Notes under the pieces: model-generated
Database searches by the model: none
The model's input: only the letters and a program-made list of their open reading frames with translations
What the model was told of the DNA's origin: nothing
In this document: piece by piece, positions 30,746 to 39,757 of the stretch
Layout: every line of letters starts with the position of its first letter
How positions within the stretch are numbered: position 1 is the stretch's first letter
Virus record (IMG/VR): IMGVR_UViG_3300030098_004783
Location: 1-61,281 of that record
Direction: 5' to 3' (one strand)
Origin: a virus
Taxonomy: Duplodnaviria; Caudoviricetes
DNA: 61,281 bases
Translations under genes and position numbers: made by a program

Positions 30746-31023
30746 TAGGCACCACCTACCGAACTTAAAATAATTTCAATCGCTGCGACTACTATTGCCG
30801 CAGTTCCACCTGTATAGCCTATAAGCTGCTGTTTTGTCAGTGCTGGTATTGTTTCTTCGAACATCTGATGATGAGCCAAGTGATTGGTCATTTCTGTGCG
30901 TAAGACTGTAGTGTCTTTTTTAACGTCTACGAAATCAGCCCTTAACTCGTGAAAGTCTTCACTAACTATCTTTAGACGTTCGTCGATTCGTATGACGCAT
31001 TCGGCCAGCTTTGAAGGTTCCAA
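30745..31023 (-). CDS. Coiled-coil protein with C-terminal transmembrane helix (holin-like topology)
   Basis: Heptad N-terminus; GGTAAIVVAAIEIILSSV hydrophobic end; TTG start with GAGGT RBS. Confidence 0.5.
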   Translation of the reverse strand: MEPSKLAECVIRIDERLKIVSEDFHELRADFVDVKKDTTVLRTEMTNHLAHHQMFEETIPALTKQQLIGYTGGTAAIVVAAIEIILSSVGGA

Positions 31024-31033
31024 GTTAGGTACC

Positions 31034-31591
31034 TCAGGCGTATTCGCCGACTACGTATACTTTGACAATATCATCTGAATCTAAAGCACCAGCTGACTTA
31101 ACTGCTACTGCAATCATTCCACCGGTTGCGGTTAATTTAGATATATCATTAGCGCCTGCGGCGATTGTTATATCTGAACCTTCCTGTGTCCAACCATATG
31201 GTAATCCTGCTGCCGTATCCAATCTATTGTGCGTAGAAGATGTAATTGCAGCTGCTGCTGCATCTCTATCTGCTATAGTTGGTTGTGGCGGACAAGACCA
31301 TATTTGTGCTGTCAACGTATGAGTATCACCTTGATGTACGATATATACTGAGATGTTCTTATACTTATCCATTGTAAGAATGTTCTCAGATGTATCTGCA
31401 TCTGCTGATTGTGTTTGTACACTAGCATAAGGGTCTATTAATACAGAATAAGTGGAAGTTCCACCTGCTCCAATTAATTCAGTTCCTAGTGCTATCCCAT
31501 CTGATGTAGCGAAATATGCTGCTAATTCTTTAGTTCCTGACCATTTCGGTCCGAAATTTCTGCTTTTATATACTGTACAAGTTCCTGCCAT
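31034..31591 (-). CDS. Probable minor head/virion protein
   Basis: Beta-rich, small-residue composition; lies downstream of the capsid gene. Confidence 0.45.
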   Translation of the reverse strand: MAGTCTVYKSRNFGPKWSGTKELAAYFATSDGIALGTELIGAGGTSTYSVLIDPYASVQTQSADADTSENILTMDKYKNISVYIVHQGDTHTLTAQIWSCPPQPTIADRDAAAAAITSSTHNRLDTAAGLPYGWTQEGSDITIAAGANDISKLTATGGMIAVAVKSAGALDSDDIVKVYVVGEYA

Positions 31592-31617
31592 AATTATTTC
31601 CTCCCTAAATTATGTCC

Positions 31618-32070
31618 CTATTGTGTAGGGTCGTCTACTAATTTAAATGTTAACGATATGTTAGTTACGACGTTGTTACCAATGTTCGTACTATTATCTA
31701 GTAAGATGTTATCTCCTGCAGTACAATCTTCTGAACCGTCAGATTTTGCTGCTATAGCTTCGAATGCGGCTGCGCCTGCATCTAGAGCTACATCTGCACT
31801 AATATCTGTACCACCAGATAAAGCTGCTGTATCAGCAGATAACTTTTGTACTGTAACAACTCCATTAGTTCCTTCATCTCCACTTAAGTGTACTTTTCCG
31901 CTAACAAAAGTCGCTGCTTTAGGAATAGTACATACGTAATGTAATGCTCCTGTAGTAAAGTTTAACGCTCCTGTATTTACAGTAAAATAACTTGCAGTAT
32001 CGATAGCAGTTGCTAATTTCTGTCTAGCATCGTATTTATTTAATCGATTATTACTTATTTTTAATGTCAT
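31618..32070 (-). CDS. Probable capsid decoration/minor structural protein
   Basis: Immediately after the capsid gene; beta-sandwich-like pattern (TIPKAATFVSG). Confidence 0.45.
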   Translation of the reverse strand: MTLKISNNRLNKYDARQKLATAIDTASYFTVNTGALNFTTGALHYVCTIPKAATFVSGKVHLSGDEGTNGVVTVQKLSADTAALSGGTDISADVALDAGAAAFEAIAAKSDGSEDCTAGDNILLDNSTNIGNNVVTNISLTFKLVDDPTQ

Positions 32071-32098
32071 TTGTTCTTCCTTAATATTTATTTTTTAA

Positions 32099-32154
32099 GG
32101 GCGTGCACTATCCATTTTCGCAATGCAAGCAAAGCTAGACGGATAGTACTTCCC
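32099..32154 (-). other. Stem-loop downstream of the major capsid gene (mRNA stabiliser or partial terminator)
   Basis: Minus-strand GTACTATCCG pairs with TGGATAGTGC (10 bp, G-U wobbles fit this strand), flanked by GGG/CCC. Confidence 0.5.
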
Positions 32155-32170
32155 AAATTATTTATCTTCC

Positions 32171-33217
32171 TTAATCCCTGACTTGCAAAACGGCCATAGC
32201 TTTTGGCTCCACAATCACAGTTCCACGAGTGTAGAACATTTGATAGTGGAAGTCGTGTGTTGCGTCGTCCATATAAGAGTGGAAAGACATATTGTTGGCT
32301 TGAGGGAATTCCTTGGAGAAACTCTGATAAGTTTGTCCTGCAGGGTTGTTCCTGTCAAGTCCCATAATGTATCCATCACCAGCTGTGGTTGGGAATCCAG
32401 CAACATTCTTTAATCCGTGGAATGTAATTCCAGCGATATTAGATGCTTGGAAACCACCAAGTGGGTCGCGTACCCAATCTGCACCTACTTCTGTAATAAA
32501 TGTACTTAGTAAGTGTAAATCGCGGTATCTCATATAAACGTCGGTCATACTATAGTTATAACCATCTTGGTCTTCAAAGACTGTCTGAAGGTCTAGAATA
32601 TCCCTAACTGGGTTTGCATCAGCTTCATCCCAGAAATAGGTTGAATCCAACTTACCATTTAAGTGCCCAACAGTATCTTCTGTTCCGAAATCACTGGTAA
32701 TGTGAGACATAACGTCTGCCATACCTGTGTCGTCGGTATTTGTCATACTGAAGTCATTGGTTAAAGTTGCAACCATTTCGGAGTTGATTTGCTCAGCTAG
32801 CCAGTAAGCTACGCGTCGGCGTGTCCTTGCGAGAGGGTCTATTTTTAGTCTCTCGTGGTCGCCTCTTGCTGCTTCTGTTAACTTGAATGCAACACCTCTT
32901 GCTTGAAGAACGCCTACAGCCATCTCTAGTGGAGATACGCTTACGTAGGAGAACTCTGAGCCGTCTGCCCTTAGTGGGGCGTATTCTTTCTTCACGTCAG
33001 CACCAGCGCTGCCACGGGTTCCCGTGCCTGCACCGTCTGTTTCAATCTGGTACGAGAAAGTTGTTGCATCGACTGTTTGCTTTGGCAAAATGTCATCGAA
33101 AATCAACAAGCTGTCTAGTAATTCATCAAGGTCTCGAGCCTGGAATTCTGGTCTAAGGAAAGAATCCTTAGGCAAAACTCCAGCAAGGGTTCCGTATGGG
33201 TCGTATCTTTCTGCCAT
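32171..33217 (-). CDS. Major capsid protein (HK97 fold)
   Basis: 348 aa; position after the scaffold and cement genes; strong AAGGAG RBS; C-terminal GTVIVEPKAMAVL. Confidence 0.8.
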   Translation of the reverse strand: MAERYDPYGTLAGVLPKDSFLRPEFQARDLDELLDSLLIFDDILPKQTVDATTFSYQIETDGAGTGTRGSAGADVKKEYAPLRADGSEFSYVSVSPLEMAVGVLQARGVAFKLTEAARGDHERLKIDPLARTRRRVAYWLAEQINSEMVATLTNDFSMTNTDDTGMADVMSHITSDFGTEDTVGHLNGKLDSTYFWDEADANPVRDILDLQTVFEDQDGYNYSMTDVYMRYRDLHLLSTFITEVGADWVRDPLGGFQASNIAGITFHGLKNVAGFPTTAGDGYIMGLDRNNPAGQTYQSFSKEFPQANNMSFHSYMDDATHDFHYQMFYTRGTVIVEPKAMAVLQVRD

Positions 33218-33227
33218 ATTAAACTCC

Positions 33228-33830
33228 TTATGCCACTACTCCGTGGGAGCAGATGTCGCTCTCAGAACCTCCAGCGGCTTGTCCGACTGCACCAATACCA
33301 ATTAAGACATTTTGTGCGTCAGAGCCACCATCGTGGAATGAGAATGCTCCAGTCATAGTTGTACCGTTATCCTTCCAACCGTCTGCTGATACATCCCAAG
33401 CTACAGGTGAACCACTTGTTATAGCGGTTGACTCGCAAACTCCTCTGATAGCCATTGATACACCAGGCATTACTACAGTAGCTACGCGGTAGTAACCGCT
33501 GGTTAATCTAGCTTGATTCCAAGATGACTGTGTCGAACTTGGGATTTTGTGCCAGACTGGTTGGGATTTAACAATTCCAATCCATCCGTTGGTTGCTGCT
33601 GCTTGAGCTACTACAGGCAATCCACCACAATCATCGTAATCATTTGCAGTGCTATCGTGGATACCCACAAGGTCACCTTCTTTGATTTCTTCTCCGAGTG
33701 TGAATGAATTTTTTCCTAGTGCGCCGTTCTCGACGAATATTGAGGTACCAGATGCGACAGTAATATTACCTTCGTAAAGAATACAGGTGATTTCTAGTCC
33801 ACCACCATATAATCCTGCTTTGTCTACCAT
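33228..33830 (-). CDS. Capsid cement/decoration protein
   Basis: Gly/Ala-rich 200 aa between scaffold and capsid genes; EEIKEGDLVGI...WIGIV pattern. Confidence 0.55.
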   Translation of the reverse strand: MVDKAGLYGGGLEITCILYEGNITVASGTSIFVENGALGKNSFTLGEEIKEGDLVGIHDSTANDYDDCGGLPVVAQAAATNGWIGIVKSQPVWHKIPSSTQSSWNQARLTSGYYRVATVVMPGVSMAIRGVCESTAITSGSPVAWDVSADGWKDNGTTMTGAFSFHDGGSDAQNVLIGIGAVGQAAGGSESDICSHGVVA

Positions 33831-33849
33831 ATTTTATTTACCTCTTTTT

Positions 33850-35034
33850 CTAACTTATATATTGCTTCCACTCTTCAGGGTATTTCATTCCATTCGCTTC
33901 TGCGTGTTTAATCTTCAGACTATAATAGAGTTTATCTTCCATTCTTCCTTTGGAATCTATCCCTTCGTCTGAGCCAACCTTATCGGTTTCATTAATTACT
34001 GGAGCTTCCTCTAATCTTCGAGCGGAGCTGTCCTCAATCTGAGAGTTGAAATGGTCAGATAACTTAGCAAACGCTTTAAGCGTAGTTAAATCCAGGTTAT
34101 CAACATCCGAGTGGATGGACTCTGGTATTTTACCAAGATATATCTTTTTCAATTCTTCCTCAGCTGAGGCTTTGCTATCAACCTGATTTAGAACTTCTTC
34201 GAGACGTTTCTCGAGTTCAGCTACTTTGTCGGTAGCTTGAGTAAGTTCATCAACCGAATCCTCTTTAGGTTCTTCCTCGGTTTCAGATTTAGCTGGAGTT
34301 TCAACAGCAGGCTCGGCCTGTGCTTCAACCTCTTCTTTCTTTTCTTCTTGTTTCTCTTCTTTGACTTTTTCCTTTTCCTTTGTCATATCTATTTCTCCTG
34401 CGTATATTGGTACAGAAAATCTATCTGAAGGTTTTTCGGGTCCAACAGAATTTCCCATAGGTTCATTATCTTTCATAAGTCCTAATCCAGTAGGATTATA
34501 ATAATCAATAATGTTCTTATCTAGTACGTCTTCAGATTCAACATCTACTTCTATAGAAGGTAGTATATCTCCTCTCTTAAGTTCTCTGTTAACTTCGTCA
34601 TCATTAGTACGTACTTTAAGGTATAAACCTTTATCTATATCGTATCTAGCTTCACCAACTTCTATATCAACGCGTTTTTCACGGTTGTGGTCAATGTGAC
34701 CGTTATTTATCTTAGTCCAGGTTGGTAAAGCTGCCATATGGGCAGTTGGGTCAATGAGATATTTTTCTCCTGAGAGACCACGCAATCGTGTGTCATTCTC
34801 AGTAGCGAGTATCCAGGTCCAATCGTCTCCTCCATATAATGAAAGAACGCTGGTTTTCTTTTCACCTGCTTCTACTCTTCGAGCTCTTTTTCGTTTATCT
34901 ACAACTAATTTAGTAACTGCTGTAGCTAACTCGTCACAAGAATAGTCATTTGACTTCTTCATTTTACGCATCCAAGCTGGCATTTTGCCAGTTGCACAGC
35001 GCTTTTGTACGGGTGTTGTTACGATATCACTCAT
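33850..35034 (-). CDS. Prohead protease / scaffold fusion
   Basis: N-terminal globular domain (HIDHN, PSIEVD, PTGLGL) followed by an acidic coiled-coil scaffold; lies upstream of the capsid genes. Confidence 0.65.
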   Translation of the reverse strand: MSDIVTTPVQKRCATGKMPAWMRKMKKSNDYSCDELATAVTKLVVDKRKRARRVEAGEKKTSVLSLYGGDDWTWILATENDTRLRGLSGEKYLIDPTAHMAALPTWTKINNGHIDHNREKRVDIEVGEARYDIDKGLYLKVRTNDDEVNRELKRGDILPSIEVDVESEDVLDKNIIDYYNPTGLGLMKDNEPMGNSVGPEKPSDRFSVPIYAGEIDMTKEKEKVKEEKQEEKKEEVEAQAEPAVETPAKSETEEEPKEDSVDELTQATDKVAELEKRLEEVLNQVDSKASAEEELKKIYLGKIPESIHSDVDNLDLTTLKAFAKLSDHFNSQIEDSSARRLEEAPVINETDKVGSDEGIDSKGRMEDKLYYSLKIKHAEANGMKYPEEWKQYIS

Positions 35035-35063
35035 TTATAAATATCCATTTAGTATATGTGGAA

Positions 35064-35261
35064 CTAAACTTGTACGTCCTTTACTTTATATGCTACGACT
35101 CCGCTTGCATTAACAATTGGCTTAGCATTTCTAGGGTTTTTAATACTAGTACGAATAGGGACCATTTCATCACCACCGTCGCTAACGATGATTGTCTCAT
35201 CCTCACTTTTTGCTTGCTTTCTTTCCTTTTTTAGGTTTTTTAGTTTCGACTTTCTTGACAT
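35064..35261 (-). CDS. Hypothetical basic protein (start uncertain)
   Basis: ORF in operon orientation; overlaps 35203..35328. Confidence 0.4.
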   Translation of the reverse strand: MSRKSKLKNLKKERKQAKSEDETIIVSDGGDEMVPIRTSIKNPRNAKPIVNASGVVAYKVKDVQV

Positions 35262-35328
35262 CCTTTTTCACTTCCTTTTTTTCGCCAATGATTATATCTT
35301 CTCTATCATCATCGAACGTTATTTTCAT
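35203..35328 (-). CDS. 41-aa Lys-rich microprotein
   Basis: MKITFDDDREDIIIGEKKEVKKDVKKVETKKPKKGKKASKK; ATGA coupling and AGGAGAGG RBS. Confidence 0.5.
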   Translation of the reverse strand: MKITFDDDREDIIIGEKKEVKKDVKKVETKKPKKGKKASKK

Positions 35329-35471
35329 TTTCCTCTCCTTCTTGCAGCTTTAGCCGCGTGGATTGCTCTTTCTTGTCTTTTGGCACTGGCTTTAGACTTA
35401 TGTTTACCAAGTAATCTTTTACCATTCTTAGTTCTAAGTTGATAACCTTTGCCCTTCTTCTTTACTACCAT
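35325..35471 (-). CDS. 48-aa very basic microprotein
   Basis: MVVKKKGKGYQLRTKNGKRLLGKHKSKASAKRQERAIHAAKAARRRGK; resembles small basic proteins common in phage head modules. Confidence 0.65.
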   Translation of the reverse strand: MVVKKKGKGYQLRTKNGKRLLGKHKSKASAKRQERAIHAAKAARRRGK

Positions 35472-35541
35472 ATTATACCTATTTAAAGTTATTCCTCAGT
35501 ACAGCAATCTGTACAGTTGCACTCTTTGTTACAGCACATAT

Positions 35542-35805
35542 TTATTCTTTCTTTTCCTTTTTTGCTTTTGGTTTTGCTTTTGCCTTTGGCTTTGCCTTTG
35601 GTTTTGCCTTTGGTTTTTCTTCCTTAGGTTCTTTTTTAGGTGCCTTTGTAAGTTCTTCGATTTCTTCAGCTTCTTCTAAAGTTGGTACTCCATCGTCCAT
35701 AGCCTTTTCGACTATTTCTGCAAGTTCCCAACCAACTAACTGAGTCATTCCTCTTTCTAGCATTCCTCTAGCTTTAAGAAAATCTATCATTTCTTGTTTT
35801 TCCAT
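35542..35805 (-). CDS. 87-aa protein with PKAK-repeat basic tail (start revised to MEKQEM)
   Basis: AGGAG RBS; KPKAKPKAKPKAKAKPKAKK tail. Confidence 0.65.
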   Translation of the reverse strand: MEKQEMIDFLKARGMLERGMTQLVGWELAEIVEKAMDDGVPTLEEAEEIEELTKAPKKEPKEEKPKAKPKAKPKAKAKPKAKKEKKE

Positions 35806-35815
35806 ATTTAATCTC

Positions 35816-36346
35816 CTATTTTTTACTTTCCATTTTATGTTCTTGTTCTTGCGCTTTAGCTTCAATCATTTGAGCTTGTTTCTGCATACTATCATTATAA
35901 TCAATAACAGATTGCGCTTTTATCTTATAAAATGCTGTTTTTTCTGCTTGTTCTTGTTTCCACACATCTAAAGCATCTTTAATAATTAGAAGGGCTGGCC
36001 CGCCTAATATTGCAATTAAAGTTGTATATGCTTCGATGTTTTCAAGAACATCTGAGTTATTAAGTCCCGTGTGTATAACAAAACCTGCAAACCCGACCCA
36101 CAACAATACTAATGGGACAGCAATCATAAACATAAAAATATCGTTGAAGGTTACTCCTTCTCCTTTTTCTTTACTCATTATTTCTTTCCTCCCTTTATCC
36201 TCAATTTTCGGTTTCTTTTTCCGCTTTACAATCGCATTCAAGTGTAACACAACTACATTCATTATCATTAATACAACAATCAGTGCTAACACAGCAGACA
36301 CAACCGCAACAATTTCCAACAATATTATCAACCATTCCAATATCAC
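35816..36346 (-). CDS. Membrane protein, about 3 TM helices plus C-terminal coiled coil
   Basis: Three long hydrophobic segments; ATGA coupling. Confidence 0.7.
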   Translation of the reverse strand: MILEWLIILLEIVAVVSAVLALIVVLMIMNVVVLHLNAIVKRKKKPKIEDKGRKEIMSKEKGEGVTFNDIFMFMIAVPLVLLWVGFAGFVIHTGLNNSDVLENIEAYTTLIAILGGPALLIIKDALDVWKQEQAEKTAFYKIKAQSVIDYNDSMQKQAQMIEAKAQEQEHKMESKK

Positions 36347-37338
36347 TCAATTTCCTCTAATCTAAAACCCAGGTCTTCACCATTAGTGTAGTAAGGCCAA
36401 TTAGTAATAAATGTAACGTATTCATAATCCCCGGTATTATTATAATCCGCATAAAAGGTAGCATAAAAATAATATACTCCTTCATATATGTTCGTAAAGT
36501 TATCCTCTATAGGATATTGTAAATCTAACCAATGTTCATCTTCAAACCATCCAGAAACATTGAAATAGTACTCATCGTAAACCATAGCATCAAAATCTAT
36601 GGTTTCATTCTCCCCTTCGAAAAAGTGACCCACATCATAATACACCAACACAGGTAAAGGGTCACCGTCGTCATCACAATTAGTATCCATATCGACATAT
36701 ATATCTAACGCATTCTCCTCTCTTGAAAAATTACCATACTGTAATCCATCCCAGAGAACCAATTGAGTATGGTTACAATGATTCTCCTCATTTTCATAAT
36801 CACAAGAGCCATCATCTTCTGTTGCTCTATCATTGTAATTATTTGCGTCAACGTCCATACAACCATACACAGTTTCATTAGTCTGTGTTTCGTTATTTGT
36901 TCCGTTTTGATTTAGGTACTGACATCTTCCATTATCGTGAGTTGCCTGTGAATCATAGTTCGTGGCACTCGCGTCAGTACATCCGTACTTAACTGGCGGG
37001 GGAAACTGACAACTGCCATTGTCAAAATCGGCATCTTGTTTAAAGTTGATTGCCGTAGGGTCTGTACACCCCCCTTTCAACATTGGTTCGTCTTCTTCCC
37101 CGAAGAATTCACGGAACATATCAACATCAACGTTACCACTTCCAAACATAGCTAAAATAAAGACAGTCAAAATAGAACCTATTTTTTGTCCTAACTTTGT
37201 CTCCCCTATCTTATCGGCAGTCTTGCCTATTTGTTCGAATACTCCCTCTTCATCGGGTTTTCGTGGTCCACTGAGTCCTAAAGCTTCTCTTTCTTCTTGA
37301 GAAATTACGCTTATTGCTCCGTAATCATCTTTTGCCAT
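36343..37338 (-). CDS. Membrane-anchored acidic protein with three GC(T/M)D..A.N(Y/F)...A..D.G.C repeats
   Basis: TM ILTVFILAMF; repeats GCTDPTAINF, GCTDASATNY, GCMDVDANNY; many N-x-S/T sequons. Confidence 0.75.
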   Translation of the reverse strand: MAKDDYGAISVISQEEREALGLSGPRKPDEEGVFEQIGKTADKIGETKLGQKIGSILTVFILAMFGSGNVDVDMFREFFGEEDEPMLKGGCTDPTAINFKQDADFDNGSCQFPPPVKYGCTDASATNYDSQATHDNGRCQYLNQNGTNNETQTNETVYGCMDVDANNYNDRATEDDGSCDYENEENHCNHTQLVLWDGLQYGNFSREENALDIYVDMDTNCDDDGDPLPVLVYYDVGHFFEGENETIDFDAMVYDEYYFNVSGWFEDEHWLDLQYPIEDNFTNIYEGVYYFYATFYADYNNTGDYEYVTFITNWPYYTNGEDLGFRLEEIE

Positions 37339-37350
37339 TTTTTATTTAAT

Positions 37351-37818
37351 TTAAGTTGATGCTACAAAAACTTCTAAATCACAAGCAGCTGTATCTGCGA
37401 GAGCTGTTATGTTTACTAAATCTTCTAACGCTAATGAAAGCGCTGAACCTGAAGCATCCATTGTATCGACAACTCCTCCTGAGATATCACCATTATAGAT
37501 AAAGGATTGTCCTTTGTCTAGTTTAACTGCAAATTCGTGATTTCCTTCACTCTTAAAAGTTAATACAACGTGATTTGTATCATCTAAATTAGTTATTCTA
37601 ATATACTTAACTGTAGATTCTACGAATGTTCCTGCAGCTACTGCAGTGCTCATTGCGACTATTTCTACTTCTGAAGCTGGTACGTTTACTATTCTTTTTG
37701 ATACTTCAGCAATACTTGCTAAAGATAAAGTATTAGTAGCGCCCTGGTTCATTCCATTTAGATTAATACTTTCAGTTATCGTTACGGTCATTGTAGCGGC
37801 TGTTATTGTACTTGCCAT
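37351..37818 (-). CDS. Hypothetical beta-rich virion-type protein
   Basis: VKYIRITNLDDTN...ADTAACDLEVFVAS pattern; lies in the head module. Confidence 0.55.
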   Translation of the reverse strand: MASTITAATMTVTITESINLNGMNQGATNTLSLASIAEVSKRIVNVPASEVEIVAMSTAVAAGTFVESTVKYIRITNLDDTNHVVLTFKSEGNHEFAVKLDKGQSFIYNGDISGGVVDTMDASGSALSLALEDLVNITALADTAACDLEVFVAST

Positions 37819-37858
37819 TATTTCTTACCTCTTTTTTTCTTTTCCCTTTCCTTCATAA

Positions 37859-37990
37859 CTAATATCGCTTTCCCGATTTAGTTCTTGGATATTTATTTTT
37901 TTTACCTTTTTTCATATCGCTATCTTTCATTAAACTGCCGTCTGGCATATAGTGATATCCTTTAGGTGCCTTTTTTCCATCCTTTGCCAT
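37859..37990 (-). CDS. 43-aa basic microprotein with H-x-M-P-D-G motif
   Basis: MAKDGKKAPKGYHYMPDGSLMKDSDMKKGKKNKYPRTKSGKRY; TAATG coupling to the portal stop. Confidence 0.65.
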   Translation of the reverse strand: MAKDGKKAPKGYHYMPDGSLMKDSDMKKGKKNKYPRTKSGKRY

Positions 37991-39423
37991 TATTGTTCTT
38001 CCTCTCTAGTTCTTTTATCAGATGAATCATCATTGCTGGTGTCAGATTTGAAATTAGCTCCTTTGCCAAATCCTCCTTCACCTCCTATGTTCACCATAGA
38101 TATATCATTATAATAAGTAGCACCATCATCAATAATAGACATTTGTTCTAATAGTTTCTCTCTTGTTATAACGTTCTTTTCAAATAATTGTAACCATATT
38201 TCAGGTTCATAATATTTTTTGAATACTAAGCGACACGGTTGGTCAGTTATATCAGGGAATATTTGGGTTTCGAAAAACCTTGCAACTGCCCTCCTGTATC
38301 GTTCTATTTGTCTTTCTGCTCTTATTTCCTGTCGGGAGATAATTGATTTATTAGCGCCCGATTGTTCGATTAATCCTATAGAAAATAAGTAATTCATTAG
38401 GAGAGCAGATATAACAGGCTCTAGATGTCCCATAACTTCTAATACTCGACTGTCTCTAGAACCAGCGCCGGTTGTTCCCATATAACCGACCTCGTGATGA
38501 TTATCAATCGCCACGACTCCTTGAGTAGCCGAAGATATTTTATCGTAGGCCTTAGCGAGATTCTCTAATGCTGTCTTTTTGTCATTCTCAGAATCGAGAC
38601 CACTTAAGTCAGCACTAATAACTTTAAGGTTATTAGAATTCATCTTAATAGATGCGAGAATGTCTCTATTGACACCCTTTAAAGCTTTGATAACGTGAAA
38701 GCTAGAACGACCAAATGGTATGCCGTAAGGCGACCTTGCATCACGTTTTATACGGCACAAGGCTATTTGCTCGTTTCTATAATCACCGAAGTCGTTTATT
38801 CTCCAGGTTCTCATATTTACCAAAAATCTAGAGTCTGAAGCGACAGAAACCTGTAAAAATTGAGTATCTTCTACCTCATTCACCTTTGCACCTAAGCTAG
38901 ATGAATAAGTTTGCGTTTGACCTGCTATACTAGAAGGCATCTGCGATTCGTTACCCAAACGATTTGCGGGCTTGTTAGATGCAACCTTTTTCTTATTTGC
39001 CATCGTATCGAGACGTAAAAGACGGCCATTCATAGCCTTAAGTTGCGTCAATTGTCCATCAGACCAGTATTTCTTTAATGCACCTGTACCCTCCCGTACG
39101 ACATTAAGACCCATCATCTCAATCTCGTCGTATGCTAGTGGGTCAACATTTTCAAAGAATTCACGAACCTGTTCGGCTCCTTCACCAACAAATTGATAAT
39201 CAGTGAATAATTCTCCAACCACGTAATCAACTAAAAAGGAGAACCACTCATTTTCTTGGTATTCCAGAAGATAGTGGTCGTAAAATTTAGTAACTTCTTT
39301 ATCTCTGTAGTCCCCTATGCTTGTATCGTATACATCAAAGGTTTCTGAAGAATCAGTCAGTGGACTGTCTGAGGATGAAAACCATCCTCCAAAAAATGGT
39401 GATTTATTGTTATCTTCTGTCAT
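37990..39423 (-). CDS. Portal protein
   Basis: 477 aa after TerL; SPYGIPF motif; VVREGTG; acidic tail. Confidence 0.8.
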   Translation of the reverse strand: MTEDNNKSPFFGGWFSSSDSPLTDSSETFDVYDTSIGDYRDKEVTKFYDHYLLEYQENEWFSFLVDYVVGELFTDYQFVGEGAEQVREFFENVDPLAYDEIEMMGLNVVREGTGALKKYWSDGQLTQLKAMNGRLLRLDTMANKKKVASNKPANRLGNESQMPSSIAGQTQTYSSSLGAKVNEVEDTQFLQVSVASDSRFLVNMRTWRINDFGDYRNEQIALCRIKRDARSPYGIPFGRSSFHVIKALKGVNRDILASIKMNSNNLKVISADLSGLDSENDKKTALENLAKAYDKISSATQGVVAIDNHHEVGYMGTTGAGSRDSRVLEVMGHLEPVISALLMNYLFSIGLIEQSGANKSIISRQEIRAERQIERYRRAVARFFETQIFPDITDQPCRLVFKKYYEPEIWLQLFEKNVITREKLLEQMSIIDDGATYYNDISMVNIGGEGGFGKGANFKSDTSNDDSSDKRTREEEQ

Positions 39424-39439
39424 AGCGACTCTCCATTAT

Positions 39440-39757
39440 TTAAATTTGGAACAAATCTCCAGTATCTTCGTATAAAGCGGGATTCTCCAAATAAGGGCGA
39501 CGTTTATCTACCCAAATGATACATCCTTTTTTACCTACGTACGTAATATCATATCCGTACTTCTTTGCGTACGTTGCCAGAGCCCAGTGGCTTTCGCCGA
39601 AGTATTGGAAGCCTTTTATGATACGATGTAACGTTCCTAAAGGTATTCCAAGTTCATCTGCGAACACTCTGTAGCTTTGTTTCTTACTTTGGTTTCTATA
39701 ACACCAATTTAAGATGGCAATGCAATCATTCTCTAAATTTCCTCCGTAAAAGCTCAT
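39440..39757 (-). CDS. Helix-turn-helix protein
   Basis: SYRVFADELGIPLGTLHRII. Confidence 0.65.
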   Translation of the reverse strand: MSFYGGNLENDCIAILNWCYRNQSKKQSYRVFADELGIPLGTLHRIIKGFQYFGESHWALATYAKKYGYDITYVGKKGCIIWVDKRRPYLENPALYEDTGDLFQI

